Assembly: GCA_964649495.1 (NCBI GenBank)
Contig: CAZYPR010000007.1
Location: 7,330 to 71,329 of the forward strand
From: an uncultured Clostridia bacterium
GTDB lineage: Bacteria > Acidobacteriota > Aminicenantia > JBFLYD01 > JBBIMS01
Direction: 5' to 3'
Length of the DNA: 64,000 nt
Shown: in pieces, positions 8,998 through 18,322 of the stretch
Position numbering within the stretch: the first letter of the stretch is position 1
How the letters are laid out: each line of letters starts with the position of its first letter
Made by a program: the position numbers and the translations under genes
Notes under the pieces: generated by a model
What the model was told of the DNA's origin: nothing
What the model saw: only the letters and a program-made list of their open reading frames with translations
Database searches by the model: none

Positions 8998-10299
8998 TTA
9001 ACCATATCTGAAAAAGTTTATATAACTTGTAATTAATTTGTCAAATTCTTCATCTTTTTTCCTCAAATCTCCGATTTTTTGAATTGAATAAAGAATTGTA
9101 GTATGATGCTTATTCCCAAATTCTTTTCCAATCTCAGATAAAGACAAATTTGTAAGTTCTTTAAGTAAATACATTGCAACCTGTCTTGGAAAAGCAATTT
9201 TTGGAGAGTTGTTTTTTGATTTTAAATCAACTATTTTAATGTTGAATTTCTCTGCTACAAATTTCATTATCATATCGGCAGAGACTTCCTTATCAACAAA
9301 GTCAAGAATGTCTTTTAGAGCCTCCTTCGTCAGTGCAAGATCAATATTTGTGTTTTTCAAAGATGCATAAGCTTTTAACCTTGTTAGCGCACCTTCGAGT
9401 TGTCGGATGTCAGATTTTACTTTTGAAGCAATAAACAAGGCAATATTATGGGGTAGAACCATATTATTTTCCTCACATTTTTTGTTGAGAATAGCAAGTT
9501 TTGTCTCAAGATCAGGAGGTTTTAAATCTGCTATAAGCCCCCACTCAAACCTTGAATGGAGTCTTTCTTCCAGATTTGGAATATACTTGGGATGACAATC
9601 AGATGTAATAACAATTTGTTTTTGAGCTTCGTAAAGATAATTAAATGTGTGGAAAAATTCCTCTTTTGTTCTTTCCTTTCCAGTTAAAAACTGTATGTCA
9701 TCGATCAAAAGAACATCTACTTCCCTGTATTTTTTTCTAAACTCAATTATTTTTCCATAACGGAGATGATGAATAAAATCATTCATAAAGTTTTCAGTTG
9801 TAACATATAGGACAAGGACATTCGATGATTTTGAATATATGTAATTTCCTATTGCATTCATAAGATGGGTCTTTCCCAGACCACTTCCACCATAAATGAA
9901 AAGAGGGTTGTAAGCTTTTCCAGGAGAATTTGCAACCGCTATAGATGCAGCATGAGCAAACTGATTACAGGAGCCTACAACAAAGGAATTAAATGTATAT
10001 CTTGAGTTAAGGTTTGTTTTTTGATAACTATCTGGAGATATTGTTGGAGTGTCTGAAAACTCCTCCTCTTGATAAATATATTTGACTTTTAAATTTTCGC
10101 CAGCAACTTTTTTTAAAATTAACCTTAGTCTCTCTCCCAATTTATTTTCAAGGGCTTCTTTAAAAAATCTATTGGGAACCTTAAGATAAATCGTTTCCTC
10201 ATCCCTTCCAATAAACTTTATCGGCGAAACCCATGTCTCGTAGGAATCATCTTCAATTTCGTTTTTAAGTAGGTCAAGAAATTTTTCCCAAAAACCCAT
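8998..10299 (-). CDS. dnaA: Chromosomal replication initiator DnaA
   Basis: YTFNSFVVG, YNPLFIYGGSGLGKTHL, LLIDDIQF, RLHSRFEWGL, IRQLEGAL, FPRQVAMYL, KHHTT; start placed at ATG 10299 (MGFWEKF) after GAGGGG, leaving DnaA boxes upstream. Confidence 0.97.
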   Translation of the reverse strand: MGFWEKFLDLLKNEIEDDSYETWVSPIKFIGRDEETIYLKVPNRFFKEALENKLGERLRLILKKVAGENLKVKYIYQEEEFSDTPTISPDSYQKTNLNSRYTFNSFVVGSCNQFAHAASIAVANSPGKAYNPLFIYGGSGLGKTHLMNAIGNYIYSKSSNVLVLYVTTENFMNDFIHHLRYGKIIEFRKKYREVDVLLIDDIQFLTGKERTKEEFFHTFNYLYEAQKQIVITSDCHPKYIPNLEERLHSRFEWGLIADLKPPDLETKLAILNKKCEENNMVLPHNIALFIASKVKSDIRQLEGALTRLKAYASLKNTNIDLALTKEALKDILDFVDKEVSADMIMKFVAEKFNIKIVDLKSKNNSPKIAFPRQVAMYLLKELTNLSLSEIGKEFGNKHHTTILYSIQKIGDLRKKDEEFDKLITSYINFFRYG

Positions 10300-10311
10300 T
10301 GAACCCCTCGA

Positions 10312-10345
10312 GATTTCCACAGAAATTTTCACAACTGTGGAAATC
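10312..10345. promoter_or_regulatory. Cluster of three variant DnaA boxes upstream of dnaA
   Basis: ATTTCCACA 10313-21, ATTTTCACA 10325-33 and TGTGGAAAT 10336-44; the outer two form an 11-bp inverted repeat GATTTCCACAG/CTGTGGAAATC. Confidence 0.65.
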
Positions 10346-10407
10346 TTTAAACATTTTCTATTTGGAAAAAAAATATACTAAACCTAAAATTTTTTAATTT
10401 CAAGTCC

Positions 10408-13293
10408 TCAAAAATCAAACCCAATCCAGATTCTTGTGCGAGTAGTGCCAGTGTATTTAAAATCAGTGGGTTTAACAAAATCTATGTGAACAGGGTAGCC
10501 AAAAATGAATATCTGAAGCCCCCATCCATAACTGGCTATTCCATCTATTAGCTGTATTCCATCCTCTTTGGAAACGAATTTATAAGGGAACCCTTTAACC
10601 TTCCAACTTGCTATATCAAAGAATAAAGTTCCCCTTAAAGGTCCAAGGTTAATAAATGATGGAAGATTTTTAAAGATAGGGAATCTAAACTCTGCGTTAA
10701 AGAAGAAACCTTGATTACCTATAAGGGTTCCATAATATACAGAACGAACCTGATTGTCCCCACCAAAATAGAAAAGATAAGGATCTTTTCCAGTACTGGA
10801 GAAGGCATCGAGTCTGAAGGCGAAAAGGGTTTCCGCCCCAACTCTTATGTATTTCCTTAAATCTGCTTCTAAGGTTGTGCTGGAGAGGAAATTGGAACCA
10901 AGGGGTAGAGCCTGGGAAACAGTGAATTTAAATGTTGACCCAGCAATTGGTCCAAAATACTTGAATCTTGTGGTCTCTCCCACTATAGAAGCAGAAACAT
11001 TAATAAGATTTCCGTTCCAGGCATAGGGAAAGTAATCTTCGAAATAAGGGTCAAGGTATCTGAACTTGTCTCTGTAATAATAGTATCCCAGACTTGCTTC
11101 AATACGATAGAATCTGTTTAGAGGATAAATACCAAAAGCATCGATTCCAAGTATTTCCCTCACTCTTATAGCATCCTGCCAAGTGGCATAGTAGTAGAGT
11201 TCGGGATAGAAATAGTAATAATCTGGATAGTAAAATAATGCAAAGTCAAATCCTCTTACCATGAACTGAAATCTGTTTTTCTGGTTAATATATCCGAGGA
11301 ATATAGACCTTAAATCACTTATTGAGAGAGCATCGAGATAGAATATGTGGTCTTCAAAAATGTCTGTTAAAGCAATAGATGTTCCCCCATAAATCGTTCC
11401 GTCAGTATAGATACCCGCACTAATCGGGGGTCTTGCCATCAAGAAAAGTTTTCCAATTCCTTTGTGTTGCTGTATTTTCTTATCGTCAACCGCCAACCTC
11501 CATTTGGAGGAAACAACTCCCTCAACTTTAACCTCTTCTTTCTCTTTTTTAGTAATTTCCTCGGGAGTGTTATCTTTTACTTCAAGGGGAGTTTTGAATT
11601 CTTTTCTGTAGAGGTTAAAATAACCCTTGTGGAAGGAGGAGAAGAACACAGTTTCTGGAGAATCTGGAAGGGGATTGGGGAAGAAATTACCTGTTCTAAC
11701 ATCAGTGTATCTTATCAGCTTGTTCTCCTTTAAATCAATAGCATAGATGTTGAAGGCTCCATTTTCATCAGAGCAGAAGTAAAGAGATTTCCCATCTTTT
11801 GTAAAGGATGGAGTTATATCATTTCCCTTGGTAAATGTGGCCTGTCTTCTTAAAGAAAGATCTTTGCTATCCGCAATAAAAATTTTATCCTTTCCATTTA
11901 TTACCACTGAAAAAGCTATCAATTTTCCATCGGGAGAGAAGGAGAGGGATTTCTCTCTTAGGTTATCATTGGTAAGGCGTTTAAATTTTTTGCTTTCAAT
12001 TTCCACGGAAAATATATCCCATTTTCCATCGCTGTAAGCTGTAAAAAGAATCTCTTTTCCATCAGGAGAGAAAACAGGTGAGGAGGGTTGGACATATGGA
12101 ATTTCAACTTTAAAAGTTTCTTTCCCCTCTATTGCGTCAATGGTAAAAAGATAGGTTTTATGACCCTTGTTGGCAAAGAAGGCGAGATTCTCGCCCTTTG
12201 AATCCCAGGAAATATCCTTACCATAAGAGGGATCGAAATTGGCTGATATATACTCATAACGGGATGTATAACCCTTTGTAAGATTTTTGATTATACTTCC
12301 ATCCTTTACAGAAAGTAAAAGAATATCTATGTCTTCATCCTTCATGTTGGCTGTAAGTATGGCAACAATCTCTCCTGAAGGAGAGAGTTCATGGGAGATA
12401 TCGTAGGCAAAGGGAAGTTCAGGACCAATTTTCACAGAGTAGTCCTCAGGGTTTTCCTTTGTAAAATATTCCTTAAATCTCTCCCTCATGAATTTCTTGA
12501 ACTCATAGTTGAACTCCTTTGAGCTCATTTTAAATGTCTGTTTAAAGGGGATGTTCTTGGCAAAGATTGATGCCTTTTTAGCTTCCCATAGAATCTGCCT
12601 TATCCCACTCTTTCCATATTTTGCATCTACAAAGTCAAAAATTGCATGGCCAAAATCATAGGGGGCCCGTGAGTAGGAAGAGCGAAAATCTCCACTTTCA
12701 TCGAGTTCAGGAATAATATCGTTTAAAGTAGCATCCCTTACTATCATAAGGCTAATAGGAGACCAATTTCCTGTGGCATATTCAGCAAGCCCTTCCATTA
12801 TCCATAGCGGAGGCTCCTTTATATTGTAAGTCCCTCCTTTTATATCTCCATATAAAATAGAATACTCAAAAATGTGGGTGAGCTCGTGAGTTACAAGATA
12901 GTACAATTCTTCATCAGGTATATTGGTGGGGAGGACTATCCTGTGAAGAATAGGTTCTGCAAAGGCAAGGATTCCCTCAGGCATTATCCCAGGGAAGAGA
13001 TTTGTTTGCTGAAAATCTCTCTGGTTGTCGTAGACTATTAAAGGAGTTTTTTCCTTTATGTCATGGAGAAAGAGGGACTGAAGTTTTTTGTATGCATCCT
13101 CTGCAATTCCCGCTATTAGCTCAAGTCTTTCCCTTTCAGCACCGTAAAAGTATATCTCAAAATGCTCTGTCTGATATGATTTCCAGTCGAATTTTTTTGT
13201 TATTATTTTGTTTTTTCCATGGTAAGGGAATTGGGAAAAGATTAAATTTGAAATTGTTAAAATCGAAAAAAATACAAAAAATATCTTTTTCAT
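10408..13293 (-). CDS. Omp85/BamA-family protein with N-terminal zincin-like peptidase domain and TolB-like PD40 beta-propeller
   Basis: Signal peptide; HELTH plus WIMEGLAEY; repeated P.FSPDG repeats; C-terminal barrel with GGDNQVRSV (VRGF/Y-like), NAEFRFP, and terminal IWIGFDF. Confidence 0.85.
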   Translation of the reverse strand: MKKIFFVFFSILTISNLIFSQFPYHGKNKIITKKFDWKSYQTEHFEIYFYGAERERLELIAGIAEDAYKKLQSLFLHDIKEKTPLIVYDNQRDFQQTNLFPGIMPEGILAFAEPILHRIVLPTNIPDEELYYLVTHELTHIFEYSILYGDIKGGTYNIKEPPLWIMEGLAEYATGNWSPISLMIVRDATLNDIIPELDESGDFRSSYSRAPYDFGHAIFDFVDAKYGKSGIRQILWEAKKASIFAKNIPFKQTFKMSSKEFNYEFKKFMRERFKEYFTKENPEDYSVKIGPELPFAYDISHELSPSGEIVAILTANMKDEDIDILLLSVKDGSIIKNLTKGYTSRYEYISANFDPSYGKDISWDSKGENLAFFANKGHKTYLFTIDAIEGKETFKVEIPYVQPSSPVFSPDGKEILFTAYSDGKWDIFSVEIESKKFKRLTNDNLREKSLSFSPDGKLIAFSVVINGKDKIFIADSKDLSLRRQATFTKGNDITPSFTKDGKSLYFCSDENGAFNIYAIDLKENKLIRYTDVRTGNFFPNPLPDSPETVFFSSFHKGYFNLYRKEFKTPLEVKDNTPEEITKKEKEEVKVEGVVSSKWRLAVDDKKIQQHKGIGKLFLMARPPISAGIYTDGTIYGGTSIALTDIFEDHIFYLDALSISDLRSIFLGYINQKNRFQFMVRGFDFALFYYPDYYYFYPELYYYATWQDAIRVREILGIDAFGIYPLNRFYRIEASLGYYYYRDKFRYLDPYFEDYFPYAWNGNLINVSASIVGETTRFKYFGPIAGSTFKFTVSQALPLGSNFLSSTTLEADLRKYIRVGAETLFAFRLDAFSSTGKDPYLFYFGGDNQVRSVYYGTLIGNQGFFFNAEFRFPIFKNLPSFINLGPLRGTLFFDIASWKVKGFPYKFVSKEDGIQLIDGIASYGWGLQIFIFGYPVHIDFVKPTDFKYTGTTRTRIWIGFDF

Positions 13294-13303
13294 ATCTCCC
13301 CCT

Positions 13304-13936
13304 TTATTGAATTATGTATCGTTCTTCTTCAATTTTTTTCTGGAATAAATCTTTCAGGTATTTATTCGAAATTCTTTGCATTATATCCATAAAGCCTCTC
13401 TCAATAGGTGCGTCAGGATCCTCATAACCTTTTTCCTCTTTGAATGTCTTTGATGATATTATAGAGCCATTGGAAGAGTCTATGAGAAAAATTTTTATAT
13501 TGAAAATGAAGAATTTCATTGGAACTATTCTTCTTCCAGGGAATGTTACATAAGGAGAGCCTTCCTGAACTACATTCCTCTTCTCTTCCTTAATTTCTGC
13601 TGTTCCAGTTATTATTAGATTTCTTCCTTCCTCCATGATGGACTTCCAAAACTCAGAATCTCCAAATATTTTATCTCCATTCTCAAATTTTATTTCTTTA
13701 TAATTGGCATTCATGGAGAGAGAGGCTCTGAAGTCATTTAAAAGAAAATTTGCTATCTCCTTTCCTGCGGAGAATTCACCTGGAGCTTCTCTCACAAAAA
13801 AGTTGGTCACAATAACCTCGTTAAAATCAGATATTTTAACTATGGATTCAACAGGTATCTCTATTTTTACCTTTATGGGCTCTGAACAGGAGAAAAACAA
13901 AATTATAAAGCCACTAAAAACAATTATTTTTTTCAT
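13304..13936 (-). CDS. Putative lipoprotein
   Basis: Internal ATG 13936 gives MKKIIVFSGFIILFFSC with lipobox-like FFSC. Confidence 0.65.
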   Translation of the reverse strand: MKKIIVFSGFIILFFSCSEPIKVKIEIPVESIVKISDFNEVIVTNFFVREAPGEFSAGKEIANFLLNDFRASLSMNANYKEIKFENGDKIFGDSEFWKSIMEEGRNLIITGTAEIKEEKRNVVQEGSPYVTFPGRRIVPMKFFIFNIKIFLIDSSNGSIISSKTFKEEKGYEDPDAPIERGFMDIMQRISNKYLKDLFQKKIEEERYIIQ

Positions 13937-13938
13937 TC

Positions 13939-14283
13939 TCACTTTTTCTCCTTTGTTTTTTCCAATATAGCAAGGCAAGACTCATAGTTCTTTTTCACAT
14001 AAATGTTATCTTTGGAATATTGAAGAGAAATTTGGTAAAGATTGAGAGCTTCGCTGAACATCCCCTCTCTTTCATAGGCTACAGCAAGGTTGTTATAAGC
14101 TTTCCAGTTGGTTGGATCAAGCTCTATTGCCCTTTTCCATCTGTAAATTGCTTCTTTCCATAGTCCTTTCTGGGAGGCTAAAATTCCAAATTTCAAGTTT
14201 TTTTCTGCAACCAATCTTTTATCTGATGAAATTAGAGTCTGAGCCAAGAGGAGAATTAATAAAAGGGAAATTAACTTCTTCAC
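13939..14283 (-). CDS. Exported TPR protein
   Basis: GTG 14283 gives signal-like VKKLISLLLILLLAQTLIS; TPR motifs GLWKEAIYRWKRAIELDP..WKAYNNLAVAYEREG. Confidence 0.8.
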   Translation of the reverse strand: MKKLISLLLILLLAQTLISSDKRLVAEKNLKFGILASQKGLWKEAIYRWKRAIELDPTNWKAYNNLAVAYEREGMFSEALNLYQISLQYSKDNIYVKKNYESCLAILEKTKEKK

Positions 14284-14344
14284 AAAGTAATTTTTGCAAA
14301 AGAGAATTTTAATGTCAAGCATCTTTAACCTCAGATTTATATAA

Positions 14345-14361
14345 TACAAAACCCATGCCAG
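14345..14361 (-). promoter_or_regulatory. Putative sigma54 promoter of TPR-lipoprotein-Omp85 operon
   Basis: Minus strand TGGCAT-GGGTT-TTGT (14360-14346), correct -24/-12 spacing, one deviation at -12. Confidence 0.5.
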
Positions 14362-14399
14362 TAAGAGAAGACTTCAGAAAAGGATGAAAAAATTTGTGT

Positions 14400-14429
14400 A
14401 TGTCCTCTTGAGTAAACAAATGTCCTCTT
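14400..14429. repeat. 10-bp direct repeat with 20-bp period
   Basis: ATGTCCTCTT at 14400-09 and 14420-29, about 40 and 60 bp upstream of the putative sigma54 promoter. Confidence 0.6.
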
Positions 14430-14435
14430 TGTTTC

Positions 14436-14936
14436 CTATCTTATCCAGCCTGGAAGAGCACCCTCTTTCCTTGCTCTTTCTCTAAATTCCTCTAGTTCCC
14501 TTTTTGCCTTTTCCAGCTCCTGTTCAGCTTCTTCAAGCTTTCTTGTGGATTCAACGATTTTTACCTGAATCTGGTCTCTTCTTGCGGGATCATCCATTGA
14601 ATAGAATTCTCTGTAAAGAGAATTGATCTCTTCTTTAAGATTTTCAACCTTTTTTGAAGCCTGTGCCATTCTTTCCTCAATCTCAATTTTTAAACCCCTC
14701 CAGTATTTTTCATCTTTCACTACATTTTCTTTTGTTTCTTGAGAAAACTCTTCTTTCCTTTCTTCCGTTGCTTCTTCTTCCCTGCCAACTATTGATATTT
14801 TTCCTTTTAACTCTTTCAAAGTCTGGTTTGTAATAACCTTTTCCTTTTTTACTTTATCCTTTTCTTCTTGTTTCTGGGAATAAACAAAACCAAAGAAGAA
14901 AGCAAACATTATAATTAAAATGAATATTTTTCTCAT
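14436..14936 (-). CDS. Exported coiled-coil protein
   Basis: Signal peptide MRKIFILIIMFAFFFGFVYS, Glu/Lys-rich heptad region, ends GALPGWIR; preceded by TTGACT-17-TAAATT 7 nt before ATG. Confidence 0.75.
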   Translation of the reverse strand: MRKIFILIIMFAFFFGFVYSQKQEEKDKVKKEKVITNQTLKELKGKISIVGREEEATEERKEEFSQETKENVVKDEKYWRGLKIEIEERMAQASKKVENLKEEINSLYREFYSMDDPARRDQIQVKIVESTRKLEEAEQELEKAKRELEEFRERARKEGALPGWIR

Positions 14937-15023
14937 CAATTTGAATTTAAATTAAAAATTTAGAAAAGTCAATAAAATTTCGGTTCTTGAGCTGATATAA
15001 ATAAGATGGTATAATTCTAAACT

Positions 15024-16394
15024 ATGTCTTCTATAAATCCAAATATATTTAGGGAGTATGATATAAGAGGGATAGTGGGAGAGGATCTCACTCCTGAAAC
15101 AGTTGAGATTATAGGGAAAGCGATTGGAACAATTTTCAGAGGTAAGGGGAAAAAGACCATTGCAATCGGAAGAGACGCAAGAATTTCATCAAAGCCCTTT
15201 TCGCAGGCTCTTATCAGTGGTTTACTCTCTACAGGGTGTAGTTGTGTGGACTTTGGAATGGTTCCAACCCCTGTTTTCTATTTCGGGGTTATCAGGAAAA
15301 AAATGGATGGGGGGGTAATGATAACAGGTTCCCATAATCCACCTGAATTCAATGGTTTTAAAATTATGATTGATGATGAAACCCTTTATGGAGAATGGAT
15401 AAAGGAGATTGAAAGAATAATACAGAAAGAGAGATTTTTCGAAGATAGCACAGGTTCTCTTTCCTCCTATCAGATTGTAAATGAATATATAGATTTTGTA
15501 ACCTCTAATATCAAAATTGAGCGAAAATTGAGAATAGTTATAGATGCGGGAAATGGTGTTGGCGGATTTGTTGCATCATCTATTTATAAAGAACTGGGAA
15601 ATGAAGTCTTTGAGCTTTACTGCGAACCTGACGGAAATTTTCCCAATCATCATCCCGACCCAACAATTCCTGAATATCTTAAAGATTTGATTGAGAAGGT
15701 AAAAATAGAAAAAGCTGATCTGGGGATTGCCTTTGACGGCGATGCTGACAGAATAGGTCTTATAGATGAGAAGGGGAATATTCTTTGGGGGGATCAAATC
15801 ATGATCATTCTCTCAAGGTCAATTTTAAAGGAGAATCCTGGTGCAAAGATAATAGGTGAGGTTAAATCCTCAAAACTCCTTTACGATGAGATAGCAAGGC
15901 TTGGCGGTATACCTATAATGTGGAAGACAGGACATTCTCTGATAAAAAAGAAGATCAAAGAGGAGATGGCTTTACTTGCGGGAGAAATGAGCGGACATAT
16001 ATTTTTTGCAGATAGATATTTTGGCTTTGACGATGCTATATATGCAGGAGCTCGAATTCTTGAGATAATTTCCAAGTCTGAAAAACCTCTTTCCAGAATG
16101 CTTGATGATATTCCAAAGACCTATTTTAGCCCTGAGATTAGAATTCCTTCCTCCGATGATTTAAAATTTCAGGTTGTTGAAGAGGTTAAAAAGCATTTCA
16201 AAGATTTTCCAATGTTTGATGTTGACGGTGTAAGAGTTGATTTTGGAGATGGATGGGCTCTTGTAAGAGCTTCCAACACTCAACCTGTTCTTGTGCTGAG
16301 ATTTGAAGGGTTCACACAGGAAGCTCTCAGAAGAATTAAGGATGAAGTAGAAAGAGTTGTTCAGGAATGTAAAAGGAGGGTGGGTGATCTTTGA
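15024..16394 (+). CDS. algC: Phosphomannomutase/phosphoglucomutase (AlgC-like)
   Basis: IFREYDIRG, MITGSHNP (phospho-Ser loop), FDGDADR, GEMSGH, VRASNTQP. Confidence 0.92.
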   Translation: MSSINPNIFREYDIRGIVGEDLTPETVEIIGKAIGTIFRGKGKKTIAIGRDARISSKPFSQALISGLLSTGCSCVDFGMVPTPVFYFGVIRKKMDGGVMITGSHNPPEFNGFKIMIDDETLYGEWIKEIERIIQKERFFEDSTGSLSSYQIVNEYIDFVTSNIKIERKLRIVIDAGNGVGGFVASSIYKELGNEVFELYCEPDGNFPNHHPDPTIPEYLKDLIEKVKIEKADLGIAFDGDADRIGLIDEKGNILWGDQIMIILSRSILKENPGAKIIGEVKSSKLLYDEIARLGGIPIMWKTGHSLIKKKIKEEMALLAGEMSGHIFFADRYFGFDDAIYAGARILEIISKSEKPLSRMLDDIPKTYFSPEIRIPSSDDLKFQVVEEVKKHFKDFPMFDVDGVRVDFGDGWALVRASNTQPVLVLRFEGFTQEALRRIKDEVERVVQECKRRVGDL

Positions 16395-17173
16395 GTATTC
16401 TTTTTCAGGTAATAATTCTTGGGATAGTTCAGGGATTAACTGAATTTTTCCCTATTTCTAGTTCAGCCCATCTTGTTATTCTTCAGCATCTTTTTGGCAT
16501 AAAAAGAGATGTTATCCTTCTTGATGTAGTTCTTCATGCAGGAACACTTTTGGCAATTATTTTTGTTTTCTGGAAAGAGATTCTTACAATTATAAAAGAA
16601 ATTCCATTTTTATTTAAAAAAGAAGGGATGGAAAGAGAAGGCTCAAGGTTATTTTATCTTATTTTGGCAGGAACAATACCAACTTTGCTAATGGGAGCTC
16701 TTTATAAAAAGGAAATTGAATCAGCATTCCTCTCACCAAAATTAGCGGGATCTTTACTCCTCTTCACTGCCTCGATCCTTTTTCTCACAAAATTCACAAG
16801 GGAAAAATCAGAAATTAAAATAGTCCATGCAATTATTATCGGTGTCTTTCAGGGGCTTGCCCTTCTTCCTGGAATTTCAAGATCTGGAGCTACAATTGCA
16901 TCAGCTCTTGCACTTGGATGGAAGAGGGAATACGCCTTCAAATTTTCCTTTCTTCTCTCAATACCCGCTGTTGTAGGAGCCAACATTCTCGAGCTTCTTG
17001 ATTTGAAGATGAGAATTATTAATCAATGGAATCTCTTAGCAGGGTTTATCTCCTCATTTGTTTTAGGATACCTTTCCCTCAATATACTATCTCCCATTGT
17101 AAGAAAAGGAAAATTTCATTTATTTTCAATATATTGCCTTATCGCTGGATTAGGTATATTAATATTATTGTAA
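16391..17173 (+). CDS. uppP: Undecaprenyl-diphosphatase
   Basis: LGIVQGLTEFFPISSSAH, QGLALLPGISRSGAT, AFKFSFLLSIP. Confidence 0.93.
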   Translation: MSILFQVIILGIVQGLTEFFPISSSAHLVILQHLFGIKRDVILLDVVLHAGTLLAIIFVFWKEILTIIKEIPFLFKKEGMEREGSRLFYLILAGTIPTLLMGALYKKEIESAFLSPKLAGSLLLFTASILFLTKFTREKSEIKIVHAIIIGVFQGLALLPGISRSGATIASALALGWKREYAFKFSFLLSIPAVVGANILELLDLKMRIINQWNLLAGFISSFVLGYLSLNILSPIVRKGKFHLFSIYCLIAGLGILILL

Positions 17174-17186
17174 ATAGGAGGGAAAA

Positions 17187-18263
17187 GTGGCTAAACTCTG
17201 GGCTATTATACTTGCTGGTGGATATGGCACAAGGTTCTGGCCCCTTTCAAGGATGAAAAGACCAAAGCAGTTCCTGCCTATAATTTCAGAAAAACTTATG
17301 ATTCAGGAAACGATAGAGAGGATTCTTCCCCTTGTAAGCACTGAGAGGATTGTTGCGGTAGCACCAAAGGATTTGATCCCTGTTCTAAAAAAAGAAACTT
17401 CCAGATATAAAGGAATAAGAATTGTTGAAGAGCCGAGCGGGAAAAATACCGCCCCATCAATAATATTGGCAAGTTCTTACATATCAAAATTGGATGAAGA
17501 CCCTGTGGTTATTGTTCTTCCCTCAGATCATTATATTGGGAAAAAAGAAGAATTCTTGAAAGCAGTTAGCGCCTCCTTTTATCTCTCTCAGGAGATTGAT
17601 TCCCTTTTCACTTTTGGTATAAAGCCATCCTCTCCTGAAACAGGATATGGATACATTCAGATAAACAGAGAGAAGCTCCGTTCATATGAAGGCCAGAGAT
17701 TTTTTGAGGTTATTAGATTTGTTGAGAAGCCCAATAAGGAGGTTGCGGAAGAATATGTAAAGAGTGGTGATTATTTCTGGAATAGTGGTATGTTTTTATG
17801 GAGAATTTCTGTTTTTAAGGAAGCTTTAAAAAAATTTTCACCGGAGTACTATGAAATTTATCAGGAAATTGAAAAACTCTCTTTAAATCAAAAAGGGAAG
17901 GTTATGGAGATATGGGATAAAATAAAACCCCTATCCATTGACTATGCTTTGATGGAGCGAGCTTCCTCAATAATCATGGTAAGAGCGGATTTTGACTGGT
18001 CTGATGTTGGCTCCTGGAGCTCTCTTTATCAGATATGGGGAATTGATAATCAGGAAAACTCTTTCAAAGGAGAGGTTTACTCCATTGATTCTTCAGGCTG
18101 TCTTGTATTCTCCCAGGAAGAGGTAGTATCCTTAATAGGAGTAAAGGATATTGTTGTTATAAATACAAAGGATGCGATCCTTGTTTGCCACAAGGATCAG
18201 GTTCAGAAGGTTAAAGATCTTGTGGAGACTTTAAAGAAAAAGGGAAAAATGTTATACTTATAA
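17187..18263 (+). CDS. manC: Mannose-1-phosphate guanylyltransferase
   Basis: ILAGGYGTRFWPLSR..RPKQF, EPSGKNTAP, PSDH, ETGYGYI, FVEKP, WNSGMF, SIDYALME, WSDVGSW. Confidence 0.93.
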   Translation: MAKLWAIILAGGYGTRFWPLSRMKRPKQFLPIISEKLMIQETIERILPLVSTERIVAVAPKDLIPVLKKETSRYKGIRIVEEPSGKNTAPSIILASSYISKLDEDPVVIVLPSDHYIGKKEEFLKAVSASFYLSQEIDSLFTFGIKPSSPETGYGYIQINREKLRSYEGQRFFEVIRFVEKPNKEVAEEYVKSGDYFWNSGMFLWRISVFKEALKKFSPEYYEIYQEIEKLSLNQKGKVMEIWDKIKPLSIDYALMERASSIIMVRADFDWSDVGSWSSLYQIWGIDNQENSFKGEVYSIDSSGCLVFSQEEVVSLIGVKDIVVINTKDAILVCHKDQVQKVKDLVETLKKKGKMLYL

Positions 18264-18322
18264 TGATAATTTTTTAAAAAGAGGATGAAATTTCCTCTAA
18301 ATTTTGAACAGGAGCGAAAAAA

